Of a stretch of DNA of 64,000 nt, positions 11,986 through 60,133 are shown one piece after another. Under the pieces are notes generated by a model that had not been told where the DNA came from, did no database searches, and saw only the letters and a program-made list of their open reading frames with translations. How positions within the stretch are numbered: the first letter of the stretch is position 1; the number at the start of each line of letters is the position of its first letter. The DNA is from Antedon mediterranea. Lineage: Eukaryota > Animalia > Echinodermata. The position numbers and the translations under genes are program-made. The stretch is taken from assembly GCF_964355755.1 (NCBI RefSeq), contig NC_092679.1, positions 18,521,432 through 18,585,431 on the forward strand, given 5' to 3'.

Positions 11986-14900
11986 CTAAATCAAATCAGC
12001 AACTGAAAATGTAAAAGAATCATAACCATTATTTATGATAGCGTGCAGTAGGGCAGTTTGGGAGAGTAGGGGAGTACTAGCTCTAGGGTGTGTATCTTTG
12101 CTAGTGGGGTAGGGCAGTTTGGGAGAGTACCAGCTCTAGGGTGTGTAGCTTTACTAGTGAGGTAGGGAGTACCATCTCTAGGGTGTGTATCTTTACTAGT
12201 GGGGTAGGGGAGTACCAGCTCTAGGGTGTGTGTCTTTGCTAGTAAGGTAGGGAGTACCATCTCTAGGGTGTGTATCTTTACTAGTGGGGTAGGGGAGTAC
12301 CAGCTCTAGGGTGTGTATCTTTGTTAGTGTTGGAAGTAAATCAACAGTGAACTTACCATTCATAGGCATTTCATCTATCTGTGTACTGTAATATTGCTCA
12401 ATATCTCGTAAAATCCTAATATCATCACTCTTCACAAAGTTGATAGCAACACCCTTTCTTCCGTAACGACCCGAACGACCGATTCTAATTTGAAACGATA
12501 TTGAGTTAGAAATTAGACACGACAATATATCAACTTTGTTGTGACTGAAAAAATAGTTTCACATACATCAAAACACAGTAGAACTACCTCCTTGGAGACA
12601 CCCCTATTTAGGAGACACTAATGGAAAAGGGGAAATATATATATATTTTGTTGGGTCATGAAAATGTTCCCTTAAAAGGGATTCTACTGCCTTACTAAAG
12701 GCAAACTCAGACAGCGTTGAGAAACTAAACATCTCTCTCACAACGAACTAAAATTTACGTCAGATGCTTTATCAAGACGACTCATCTCGATTAAACTTAG
12801 ACAGCACCGACGAGTCAAGATGGTTTGCCAGCTGGGATTGTTGTGATGTTTTATATACCGAATAAATGTTTCATCAGGGCTCATCGTACGATGCTGTCCG
12901 AGTTGGCCATAACAAAACAAGGACATTACCTGTGGATGTACAATTCACGATTATTTGGTAAATCATAGTTGATAACGAGGGATACTTGTTGCACATCTAT
13001 TCCTCTAGCCCATACATCAGTTGTGATTAAGACACGACTAAAACAGCAGAGAAGAGAAATATGTTATAACATAGTTACAAAGACTAATCTTAAAATACAA
13101 CATTAGTAACTGTACAGGAGATACAGAAAGCTTAGGAAGAATAAAGCCCTGTCTACAAATTTTTTTAAAAGTGTGATATACCCAAATATGGCATTGATAT
13201 GATATGGGCACATCACATAAAGTGTGATAGTGTAGACAGAGCTTTAAAATACTATTAAATGTCTCTTTTGGATCAATCCTGACAATACCTCCTGATGTTA
13301 TCCAGGAAAAGGAGGGCTAGGAAAGGGCTGGAGAAAATCTTTATTAGGTAATAATTAATCTGACTGGAATTGACTAGATATAAATTTAGGATTCGGATAA
13401 TCACATTCATTATTTAATATTCTTTATTCCCTTAAATTGACCAATTGTTACTACATGGGAAAGCGAAGAAGTAAAGAGCCTCAATAAGTCTGTGAACAAG
13501 ACAACATCCTCTACAATCACTATGAAGAAGTCAACATGTTAGCTTAATAACTATCTCAATTTGATTAATCTGTGTAGTATACGACCTAAGGGAGCTTGTC
13601 ATATACAAGGTGACTAACTGTGTCAACTTATCTTAACCTTTCACTTTCTTGTTGACAGATAATATTCAGCTTATGAATGTAGAGAGGATTTAGGATTAAA
13701 AAGGCCAATAGAAGTTAAGGGAAAGTGCCTAAAGGTAGAGTAGGTAAACTGTATTTAAGTTGTTTATCAACAGCTTCTTAGGGTGGGTTCACACTATGCT
13801 TACTAGGCCAGAAAGGTCATTAAAGCTTATCAATTAATTCAATTAGTACCTAGCTCCAGCTCTGAATTCCTTCATGATAGCATCACGTTCCTTTTGAGGC
13901 ATGTCTCCATGCATCGATGATACAGTAAAATTTGCTTCTCGCATTTTCTCTGTCAGCCAATCAACCTAATAAAAACAAAAACCGGTTTTTTACATTTGAC
14001 TTGGGTAAATGTTACAAATTTCATGCAAGAAAATACACATTTATTTATATAATTGAAACACTGTATAGAGTATAGTATACATTAAGCCTTGTCTACACTA
14101 TCAAACTTTATGTGTCAAAAAAGTTTGATGTGCCTATATATGGTAGTGCTATGCTATGCTTAAATATGGTAGTGATATGACATCATCGTGTCCATATATG
14201 GGCACATCACATTTTTTTGACACATAAAGTTTGATAGTGTAGACAAAGCTTTATAAACCGCCAAACTAGGAATCTCTACAACCATTGTTTGCATTGCTTA
14301 TTAGATAAGTGACCAATCATACTTTAAAGATCAAACAATTATCAATCGCATTAAGTAATAGTAAGGTAATAGCGTTAAGCATTAAGGTAACATGATTCCA
14401 TGAGATCAGATTTCTAACGAAAATATAGTTAATACTTTGATTGCTTTGCTTGCTGGATCTGAAATTATATAGCACGATAAATATTAATAGATTTCAAAAT
14501 AATTTATTAAAACAGAAGAGTGAAGTTAAGTCAACAAATGTACAAGACTTGATACCTTTCTCTTTGTGTTGCAGAATATAACAGCTTGTGTTATGGTTAA
14601 CGTATCGTAGAGGTCGCAAAGTGTGTCAAACTTCCATTCCTCACGTTCTACCGCGACAAAGAATTGCTTGATACCTTCTAATGTCAACTCATCACTGAAG
14701 ACAGAAAATAATTAAAAAATTCTACTAAAATATGTATAAACTATATTCACAAATGAACCAGGCTGGCAGAATGTTTAACACTAACAGTACAACTTCTCCT
14801 TTGAATCACCCCTTATCAGGAGACATCAAATTGAATGAAGACTATAAACTGTAGCTCCAATGTACACATCTAGCTCATATAGAGACGAGTAGGGGGTTAC

Positions 14901-17900
14901 CTAGTGTACTAGTACATCACAGCCATTGATCATTACTGGCCCCTCTGGGAGACCAGTCTTTGACTGAAGAGGTCCCCCAGTATAAATAAATAATAAAATA
15001 ATAATAAAAATTAAGGGAACACTTTCCTGTGAAATGAACGAAGGGAGAAGCAACATATGTTTTTACACTATGGCTCAACATTATTGAAATCCCTATTAAG
15101 AGGACACTTTGTTAGGACCCAGTATGGGTAAGGGTATATTTGAATGCAAGTGTGTCAAATTAGTGTTACTTGTGTGATAATAAGTACAATGTAATTCAGA
15201 TTAAAGGCACCATATTTATTCAAACACTCATCTCTATCTGCACACAAATATTATCATATTCAAAATAGAGGAATTTGATTTACCGTTTGACAAGAATTCT
15301 GATTGGATCCGTCATAAACTTGTGCGTCATCTCTAAAATCTCATGGGGCAGAGTAGCGCTGAACAACACCACTTGAGTAGCAGGGGGTAGGTACCGGTAG
15401 ACATCATAAATCTGCTCTTTGAAACCTACAAAAGAAAAATATTGAGTGATGCTACTTGCCTGACATCCACAGGATACTGGGTTCAAATCCTGTATAAAGT
15501 CTGAATTTCTTTACACCCAAAAAAAAAGGAACTCAACCAATTGTAGAGAATGTTGTGTTTGCCATCTGCAATTATTGGCAGTAATATTAGCAAAAACAAA
15601 CATTTATAGGGCAGAACCCCTCCTTTTGGATACCCATATTAAAGGGACACCTTCCTGTGAAATGAAATAGATAAATATATTTTAACACTAAGGCCACCTT
15701 GTTACAAGAACACTATTCAGAGTCCTGAAGGTGTCTCTTTAATAGAAGGACTGTAATTTTGTTTTTATACTAAGATCTGTATACAAGACGCATCTGATTT
15801 AAAAAAAAAAATAAATAAACCAAAAAAAAATAAATAAATAAAATGACTGACAGTTTGTTGCCTGAAAAGAAATTCATTATCAAATATGAAGATAGTAATT
15901 TTACTAAAGGTTATCAATCATGGTTATAAAAAGTAGGACGCCATCTACTGACCTTTATTCAACATCTCGTCGGCTTCGTCAAGTACCAACATCTTTATTG
16001 ACCTTGTTCTCAAATGTCGCCTTCGGATCATATCTAATAATTTCCGATGAATATAAAAAAAACAGAATATTAAAGATTACTTGATAAGTATTCCTACCAC
16101 GTCTGATATTAGTAATTTCCGTTATACAGAGATACAATTATATAGTCATAATTAAACATATTTGTAAAGGAAAAACCAACTACTGACCCTGATACTGTAT
16201 AGCTAATGTACTGCCACAGTATGTAAGCAGTAAATGTTGTTGTTTTATGGAAATCCATTTTCAGGTTACAGTATGTAAGGTCATTTAAATGAATACATTT
16301 AAGTGGTTTTATTTTTTCAAATATTTTGTGAGTGACCTTTTCAAAGATGCATTTCTATTTAATCCAAAATGTGGGTCAGATTCAGAAAGCATGTCATTTT
16401 AAATGTAGTAAAGGGATATTAATCAAGTTGCAAGCAACATCTGTATTTAATACATTAAAATGAAATATAATATCATAATAAAACATTTAAAATATAATTT
16501 GGTTTTAAATTATCTAAACCAAATTATTCTCTCATAGCTAATAAGGGTTATTTGAATATCGAACTAAAAATAATATAAATAATAATGTAATAAAATTATT
16601 TAATAACACAGTCATACAAATTATGTAAAATATTACAACAAAAAAAACAACCCAAAATTGAATGCCTACCAAACACTCTGCCAGGTGTACCAGACACTAT
16701 GTGTTGCCCGTAGTCTAATTTGTGAATATCATCTCCAATACTTGTTCCACCAATACATGCATGACACTGTACACTCATGTAATCACCCAGTGCCAACACA
16801 ACCTATGAATGATAAATAATTGTTGTATAGTTATGGCTGAAGAAGGTTTTCTCATGTCAAAGAATATACAGTACTGTACACCCAAAAAAGACACTAATAA
16901 GCAAGTTTCTCCCAGGCCCCGCAATTGTCATTTAACGATTAGTGTGCTGAAAAATGATTACGTTAACCACTGCCTGTAAACATCACACACACCTTGCATT
17001 GGTTCTACCTGTTGTACAGTACCTTTTGAATCTGGACTGCCAATTCACGTGTAGGTGAGAGAACAAGAGCTTGCGTCTCTCGCACCTGTGTGTCAAGCAT
17101 TTGTAGAATACTGATGGAAAACGTGGCCGTCTTACCAGTTCCGGACTGTGCTCTATAAGGATGAAAAGTTGAGTAAAACTCAAGCATTAATATTCTCCAT
17201 AACAATACAAAGATGTACTTTAAGAATATGTACTTTAAGAATACAATGCCATTATTATTAAATAATTAATAATGCGGCATAGTTATATCTAAAGTAATGA
17301 AATGATTGCCTTGGTAACAGTAACAAAGAAATTGTTTTTGGTTACAACCGGCTCAGTTAGTAAGTGAATTCAAACAGGCATCATGGGATGCTTGTCATTG
17401 CCATGGAAGTGAATGTTAATCATCATTGCCAGTTGATTAGGATGTTAGGTGTCTAAGGCAACAATTGTGTTAAAATGAAAGTGAAATTACTAATTTAAGT
17501 GGTACATACATAGAATTACAAACAAGAGATGAAATAGTTAATTTGACAATACTGTACAGTACCATTGAATTTATATTATAAACATAAACTTACTGTGCAA
17601 TAACATCTCTGCCTTTTGTTACTGGTTTAATTGCTCTCTGTTGGATGGCAGACGGTTTTTCAAATCCTAATATAAAATTAAAAAATAGAATTTTAAAATA
17701 CTGTTTTGTTGAATTAATCTAATTAATCTGATGAGAACTCAAACAAGTTAATAAAAAAATAAATAAATAATTTTTCATTTATTTTATTTAAAAAAATATA
17801 TTTATTTTATAATGCCTACCCGGTTCTAACTTCAGTAGTACTTTAGTAGTAATATAAGACCTAGGCTAGGCCTACAGTACGTCAGGCCAGAATAGAAGCT

Positions 17901-18154
17901 CCAGTAGGCCTAGGCCTATATGTTGCAATCTCTCCCCACCAGATAGATCGCTTTACAATAAATAGGCCTAGCATAGCGATCAGTCGGTTGCTATTTTATA
18001 TATATTACGCCTTACCATATGCATAAATTCCTCTAAGAAGGTCTTCTCGAATTCCCATAGAATCAAATGTCGGTGTAACAATAACATCTTCGCTTGTTTC
18101 AAAGGTAATATTAGTATCATCAACTGGTAAAACTCGCCTATTAGAAGCCGCCAT
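11986..18154 (-). CDS. EIF4A3: Eukaryotic initiation factor 4A-III (EJC DEAD-box helicase DDX48), complete CDS, 11 exons
   Basis: Exons: 18154-18016, 17666-17594, 17152-17023, 16802-16670, 16033-15953, 15425-15284, 14694-14556, 13965-13850, 13037-12930, 12484-12357, 12002-11986. Motifs: [52 protein letters not shown]. The eIF4A-III-type features are [22 protein letters not shown] and the C-terminal DEMPMNVADLI. Confidence 0.97.
12045..12325. repeat. G-rich minisatellite, about 42-43 bp unit x 6, in the last EIF4A3 intron
   Basis: The unit ggggagtaccagctctagggtgtgtatctttactagtggggta recurs. Confidence 0.9.
12575..12690. mobile_element. Tc1/pogo-like MITE (CAGTAGAAC...TTCTACTG); related copies near 15610-15755, 36935-37130 and 62280-62501
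   Basis: cagtagaactacc ... gggattctactg termini, with internal gacacccctatt motifs shared among copies. Confidence 0.55.
12699..12909. mobile_element. Harbinger-like MITE with TAA target-site duplication
   Basis: taa|aggcaaactcagacagcgt ... atgctgtccgagttggcca|taa; imperfect TIR of about 18 bp. Confidence 0.75.
13144..13243. mobile_element. MITE family A copy, internally deleted
   Basis: agccctgtctaca ... gatagtgtagacagagct. Confidence 0.7.
14085..14250. mobile_element. MITE family A, full-length copy with perfect TTA target-site duplication
   Basis: tta|agccttgtctacactatcaaactttatgtgtcaaaaaa ... ttttttgacacataaagtttgatagtgtagacaaagct|tta; TIR about 38 bp. Confidence 0.88.
14860..15005 (+). 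mobile_element. 3' fragment of a Deu-domain-like SINE
   Basis: gagtagggggttacctagtgtact...ggcccctctgg...gtctttgactgaagaggt...ccagtataaataaa resembles the 3' part of the copy at 49285-49535. Confidence 0.45.
17345..17435 (-). ncRNA. Candidate intronic box C/D snoRNA in EIF4A3 intron 2
   Basis: The minus strand reads caactggc-a-ATGATGA (C box) ... ACTTCCATGGC-a-ATGA (D') ... CATGATG (C') ... CTGA (D)-gccggttg. There is an 8-bp terminal stem with one G-U pair. The D' guide is complementary to conserved 28S rRNA GCCAUGGAAGU. Confidence 0.8.
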
Positions 18155-18366
18155 GATGCTTTCAACACACGCGAAATGGTTTTTATGTGAAGGATGGTAC
18201 ACGTATTCCAATTGGTTAAAACAGATACAGGATTTTTCAATACGAGAGTAGCCATTGGCTGGCTAAAGTTTTTACAAAAGAGTGTTTTGAAACCATACGT
18301 ACAAGATCCGACACACATCGTCAACCACACACACAGGGCGGACGCATTGCGTCAAACAAATGTTAA

Positions 18367-18622
18367 AGATGTACTGTCTCCGGGATTGTCCCCCTGAAAA
18401 AATAATATTTTAAATTGTTGTTGTTGAATATGCCATTTTAATGTCACATAATAGTTATCCACTTTGAACAAATATTGAACCTGAAAAACTGTAATTTAAA
18501 GCAAAAAATAGTCAAATTTTCTTTTTTTTTAACAGACAGAAGGAATTTATAAAACTTAAAAATAAAAAATCTGATTTAATTAATCTTCATTTTTCATGGT
18601 TTTGGGGAAACAATATACATCT
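18367..18622. mobile_element. Kolobok-like MITE with TTAA target-site duplication; relatives at about 33550-33830 and 38207-38293
   Basis: ttaa|agatgtactgtc ... gaaacaatatacatct|ttaa; internal sequence shared with 33550-33830. It sits about 210 bp upstream of the EIF4A3 ATG. Confidence 0.7.
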
Positions 18623-19314
18623 TTAAAGTTAAGATGGCCTACAGCATGCTAGCCATATCACATCACATGTAAAACATCAATGGATGAGTGTTATTAAGCT
18701 TAAAAAAGGAACAGACTTAAGTTTGATATACTCAAGGATTTAGGAATAAGATTTAACGAGCATAAGATTTTATCTTGGATTTGATTGGGATTAAGTATAA
18801 TCTGTGTGCATGGGATAAGTTGTGATTTACTAGCTTACACGATTTAAAGTATGTATCTCTAAATGCAATGAATGACTTTAAAACACACAAAATAAGTAGG
18901 GCATATATAAAATGTAAAATGTTATCATGAATGAGATTGAAAACAAACCTATATCATAGTATTATGTTATTTAATTACATAAATTCATTTGAATTGCACT
19001 CCACTAGTGTTGTGTGAAAACATTTTAATATTGCATTCCTATAGCAAAAAAAAATAAATAAAAGTCCTTGATTTTTAGGTTAAACATTCATTTAAATCCG
19101 GTATAATATATGTTTAATAATCTACAATGTCACAAGTGATAATAAAAACAAGTTGTTCCCATCAGAAATCATTAAACAAAACATAAGTTAGTAAAACACA
19201 TTAGACAAACTGTTTTTGCTTTGAATAATTTTGACATTTTAATAGCAAATACACTGAGCCATAGCAGCACAACAAACACACAGTTAAACTTAATGAGTCG
19301 GTTCCATTCATTAA

Positions 19315-19571
19315 AGCCTGGTTTCCATAAAATCGCTACATGGCAGTCTGTGGAAACGCTACAATTTATCGGGGATCTAGTACGCGAGCGCTAAATATTC
19401 TTTGGTACGCGTATACGATTCATCGCCGACATAATCGGCAAAGTTGAACATGGTTGAACTTTGACGATTTGACTGTGATGAATCGGGGAGCCTTCCCGAT
19501 TGCGTCGGCGACATCTGCGCGTTTAGCGATTTTAATGGAAACGCTATAGCGATTTTAATGGAAACCAGGCT
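19315..19571. mobile_element. Harbinger-like MITE (TIR AGCCTGGTTTCCAT), TAA target-site duplication; relative at about 55037-55155
   Basis: taa|agcctggtttccataaaatcgcta ... tagcgattttaatggaaaccaggct|taa. Confidence 0.85.
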
Positions 19572-21001
19572 TAATTTACAGACATTGTATTGAACCCAAG
19601 ATGACAGTTCCATTGAACTGTTGTCTGAGATTAAACAGCACAGTATATCATCTAAAACAGCATTTCTGTCATATTATTAAATGACTTTATAGATTAGAGG
19701 AATATTTTCTCATTTTTTTCCTATCTCATAAAAACAATTATTAAAACAGTATCCACAATGCGCTTTTATAAAATGTATGTTTGAAAAGAAAAAAAAGAAG
19801 GAAATTATCAACAAAAATAATTCCATACTGTACTCATTAGACTTGCCCAAAGCTGGAGTTAGTTCGACGTTTGTCTGAACATGGGACTGTTTCGTATGAA
19901 ACGCCATATGTGAGAAAATATTTATCTTTTTACTAATATTAAGTCACCTCCGTCTTGAACCCAGACTATGTACTAATCTTCTTGCAGGTAATTGGGGCAC
20001 TTATTCAGCAGGATTTTGTTGGAGAGGAATCGGGTAGAAAATGTAACAATTATTCCCAGAGACTAACTTCAAAGAATTTAATCATACAGTATATAAACAG
20101 CAATAATAACAGTAATAATAAGAATAATATTTATATTTATAAGATAAAAACCACCATTTGATTTTAAGATGTTATTATTTACAATTACAATCTAATATTT
20201 TACATAATAAAATAAAATAGTACGGTAAATAAAAATATAAATAACAGATTATGTAATACATAAATTAATCTTTATTGAAAAAAATAATTAATACATCCAA
20301 TAGATGAATTAATTAATATTTTAAAATAAATAATTTAAACAAATAAAAGCAGTATAAAGTCAATATGCAAATAATGACATTTCAAATTTTATAAATATAC
20401 ATTATTTACAAAGTAAATATCAATCAATATATTACAATTGATAAGGCGGATTTTTTTAAAAATGTTGCTAAAGAAAAGACTTGGTATCAAGGGTTTATTT
20501 GCTGTTTTTCCAATACATTATAGAAGATAATATTAACCTTAATTAGCCACTAACTATGTGGTTATCCGGCTCTCCTCTCCAAACTGTCATAAAAGAAAAA
20601 AAATTATATAAAAAAAGGTGACTGAAACCTTGTTCGCACTGGACTTGAATAATAGTAAATTTATCCACGGTAACGTCACCCAAGGAAATCGGAAAATTTG
20701 ACCATTGTTCGCACTTGGATAATTTCACGCAGTAAGTTTTATCATGGTTTTACAACGATTAAACCGTGATGTTAAATACCACGATGGACTCGCATGGTGA
20801 AGATCATGTGTACCAGAGATGCCCATTCGGTTTGGACTTTTTAGCCGGCGTGGTTACTTTTACCGAGACCATGGCAAGTTCTACTCCACAGACAGTGGTC
20901 GGTAAAAGTAACCATTGGACTTGGTTAATTTGGATTGGACTTTTTTTGGTCAATTTAGGAGGCAACTCGGTTAATTTTGCCAAATTAAGTTCAGTGAGTT
21001 A

Positions 21002-21125
21002 ACAGCTATAAGTGCTCACTGACTACTTAAACCCAGGGGCCCAGATCTTAAGGGGCCACACAGCAAGAGCAGCCATATGCAACTACTCAGCACTGGAGGG
21101 TACCTAGGAATGTTCACTTTCCCCC
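21002..21125. repeat. Dispersed repeat, second copy at about 23273-23395
   Basis: agctat..gtgctcactg.ctacttaaacccaggggcccaga.cttaagggg.cacacagca.gagcagc.atatgcaacta is present twice. The segment 20930-20993 is also duplicated at 21160-21220. Confidence 0.8.
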
Positions 21126-21934
21126 TGCATTACACTGTTACAATTATAGCTCGAGTCCGGATTGGACTTTATCTGGTCAATTTAGCAGGCAACTCGGTTA
21201 ATTTGGCCAAATTAAGTTCAGGGCTTTATATACTGTAATTTCTCTAGCTAGTCACCTTTTGAAAACTGAATGTCTTTACAGCATACTGTACATGAACTTT
21301 GACATCATGGGCTGACCACCATTCATTTATGCTGCTCCATTTTCTTGGAACTAACAATCAGCTACAAGATCATTGAACTGTTTTTAAGCAAAGCCATATC
21401 TTATTTGCCAATACAGTACAGTAGTACATATCATTTTCATTCATCACATTTACGGTACAGTATACGCATATGCTAAAATTTACAGTAAGTTATCCGGCAC
21501 ATTGAGAAAACCACATATAGAAATTATGTGAGCAGTGTAACCATGGAGTTTTCATTTGATTGACAGTTCAAATAATGTAAAATATAAATGTATAATTATT
21601 TTTGGAAACATTTATTGATAGATTAGTAATAAAAATAAAAAAATTCTTTAAACTAATTTTCGAAAATTACTTGCTTTTGGATATTGATTAAATTAATACT
21701 GTCCTATATGAACACTGCCCTAAAGTGGGTCAGGTTTGGAGGTACGGATTCAAATTTTTTATTCTATAGTAAAAACGAGTATTTTGCATGACAATCACAT
21801 CAGGGTGGGCTTATGTACAAATCTGTATTGTACATTAATTCAAGGTAAATTTCTAGAGTCGATTTAAAAATGCACATTTTTAAGATTGTTTAATTTCGCA
21901 ACACAACAAATTCTTTTTAAGGAAAATATATGCT

Positions 21935-58558
<36,624 letters not shown>

Positions 58559-60133
58559 GCTTTCTTCCGTACTTTAACAACCACGGTACCACTCTTTGAC
58601 GTACTGTCTGCACTACCACTGACAACAGAACAATGCTTATCTCACTTCATTCACAGATTCATTTAGTATCGTCCATTCTATAACAGGGGCTCTTTGAATT
58701 TAATTACCAACTGATATGTTTATAATATATTTAAACAAACTTTATTACGGTAAAATATTTTCTTTATACTATTTTATATCATATAAATACGTTTCTAATA
58801 CTTTTTATTTCAAAAGAGCTACAAACACAGAAAGCTTCAATATAAAACCCCTTCGATTAAAATGGTAGTTCTTTTTAAGTTCTTCCAGCAAATTTGCGGG
58901 AAAGAGGGCGCAAGTACTTCGACAACTTGCCGGGTGTCAATGTTTTAGAAGAAAACAAATTAATAATGTATAATAAGTGTATTTGTTCATCTTTGTTTTC
59001 AACAAATTATATATTATTATTCTCCGTTTCTTTTTATTTAAAAATATTAATAACTTTTAAAATTCAAGTAAGTTTTGCTGTAAATTTCATCAAATTTGAA
59101 AACAATTCTAAAACTTGAAAGTTTACGACTTCCAACCATTAAGGAAATTAAGGAATAGGCCTACAATTTGCTATTATATAATTAGCATTATTAATTCTTG
59201 AATATTTATTTAATTACTACTGCATATGTTTTTTTTGTGTCTATTGTTATATTATTGTAGGCCAATTTTCAGTGGTGGCCCATGGAGGTATCATAATAAC
59301 CGTGGGTGGCCTGTATATTTGTATAATATTCAATAATATATTACTACTGTAAGACAATTACAAAGACGATTACAATTGGCATTGATTGGAAATATTTGAA
59401 TTATGATTACTATTATATATAATAAATAAATTATTAATATTTGGGCACATCAGTGGATATAGTAAATTTATTATTGAATATCTTAAAAACGCCACCTATA
59501 ATTCCTCTTTAGTATTTAAATGACCTTTGACCCAGTGTAAAAGCAAAAACAAAAAAGTAATCGAAATTGATCAATGTTGATGCTTTCAATTTATGGTTTT
59601 TACTATGTTGTGATGAGCTCGGAATAAGATTTACTCATTTACTAACGCGGTAATAATTTAAATATATAACTTGTAACTGGTTTGTATGGTTTATGGTTAT
59701 TTGTAATAATTTAGACCAATGAAAATGAGACTATATTTTGGTGTTCGAAGTTCCACGTCAGTATAAAAAGTGCTAACTGTATTTATTTGCATGGCTACGG
59801 CAACAACCAAGCAAGGCAGTGTGTGTTGGCTTTAGCCTCACTCCAAGCTGCATTGTTGTGGCCTAGGCTCTAGCTTAGACCTAAATTGGAGTTTATATTT
59901 AAATTTTAGTGTTGGCATATGAATATATCAAGTTGTAAAAGAACAACAAATGTTGTAACTTGTAGGGAATATAGTTATAGGGGATCCAATCAAATGAAAA
60001 TATAATGGATCATCACAATTCTTTTTATTTATTGAATTTATCTAATTAAAGTTTGTATTTTTTTCTGTTTCAGATTATTATGCTTTGGAGGTTATAGGCT
60101 AAACTAGAAGGGTTACCACTAGCTAGCTGCAAC

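Noticed and set aside
12699-12909. Long terminal stem with TGATGA and CTGA motifs, suggesting a C/D scaRNA or hammerhead
   Set aside because: A TAA duplication on both sides and a Harbinger-like TIR explain the stem. The boxes are not positioned for a terminal kink-turn, and there is no hammerhead stem II followed by GAAA.
16803-17022. Possible second snoRNA in EIF4A3 intron 3
   Set aside because: There is only a degenerate C box, no D box and no convincing two-hairpin H/ACA fold.
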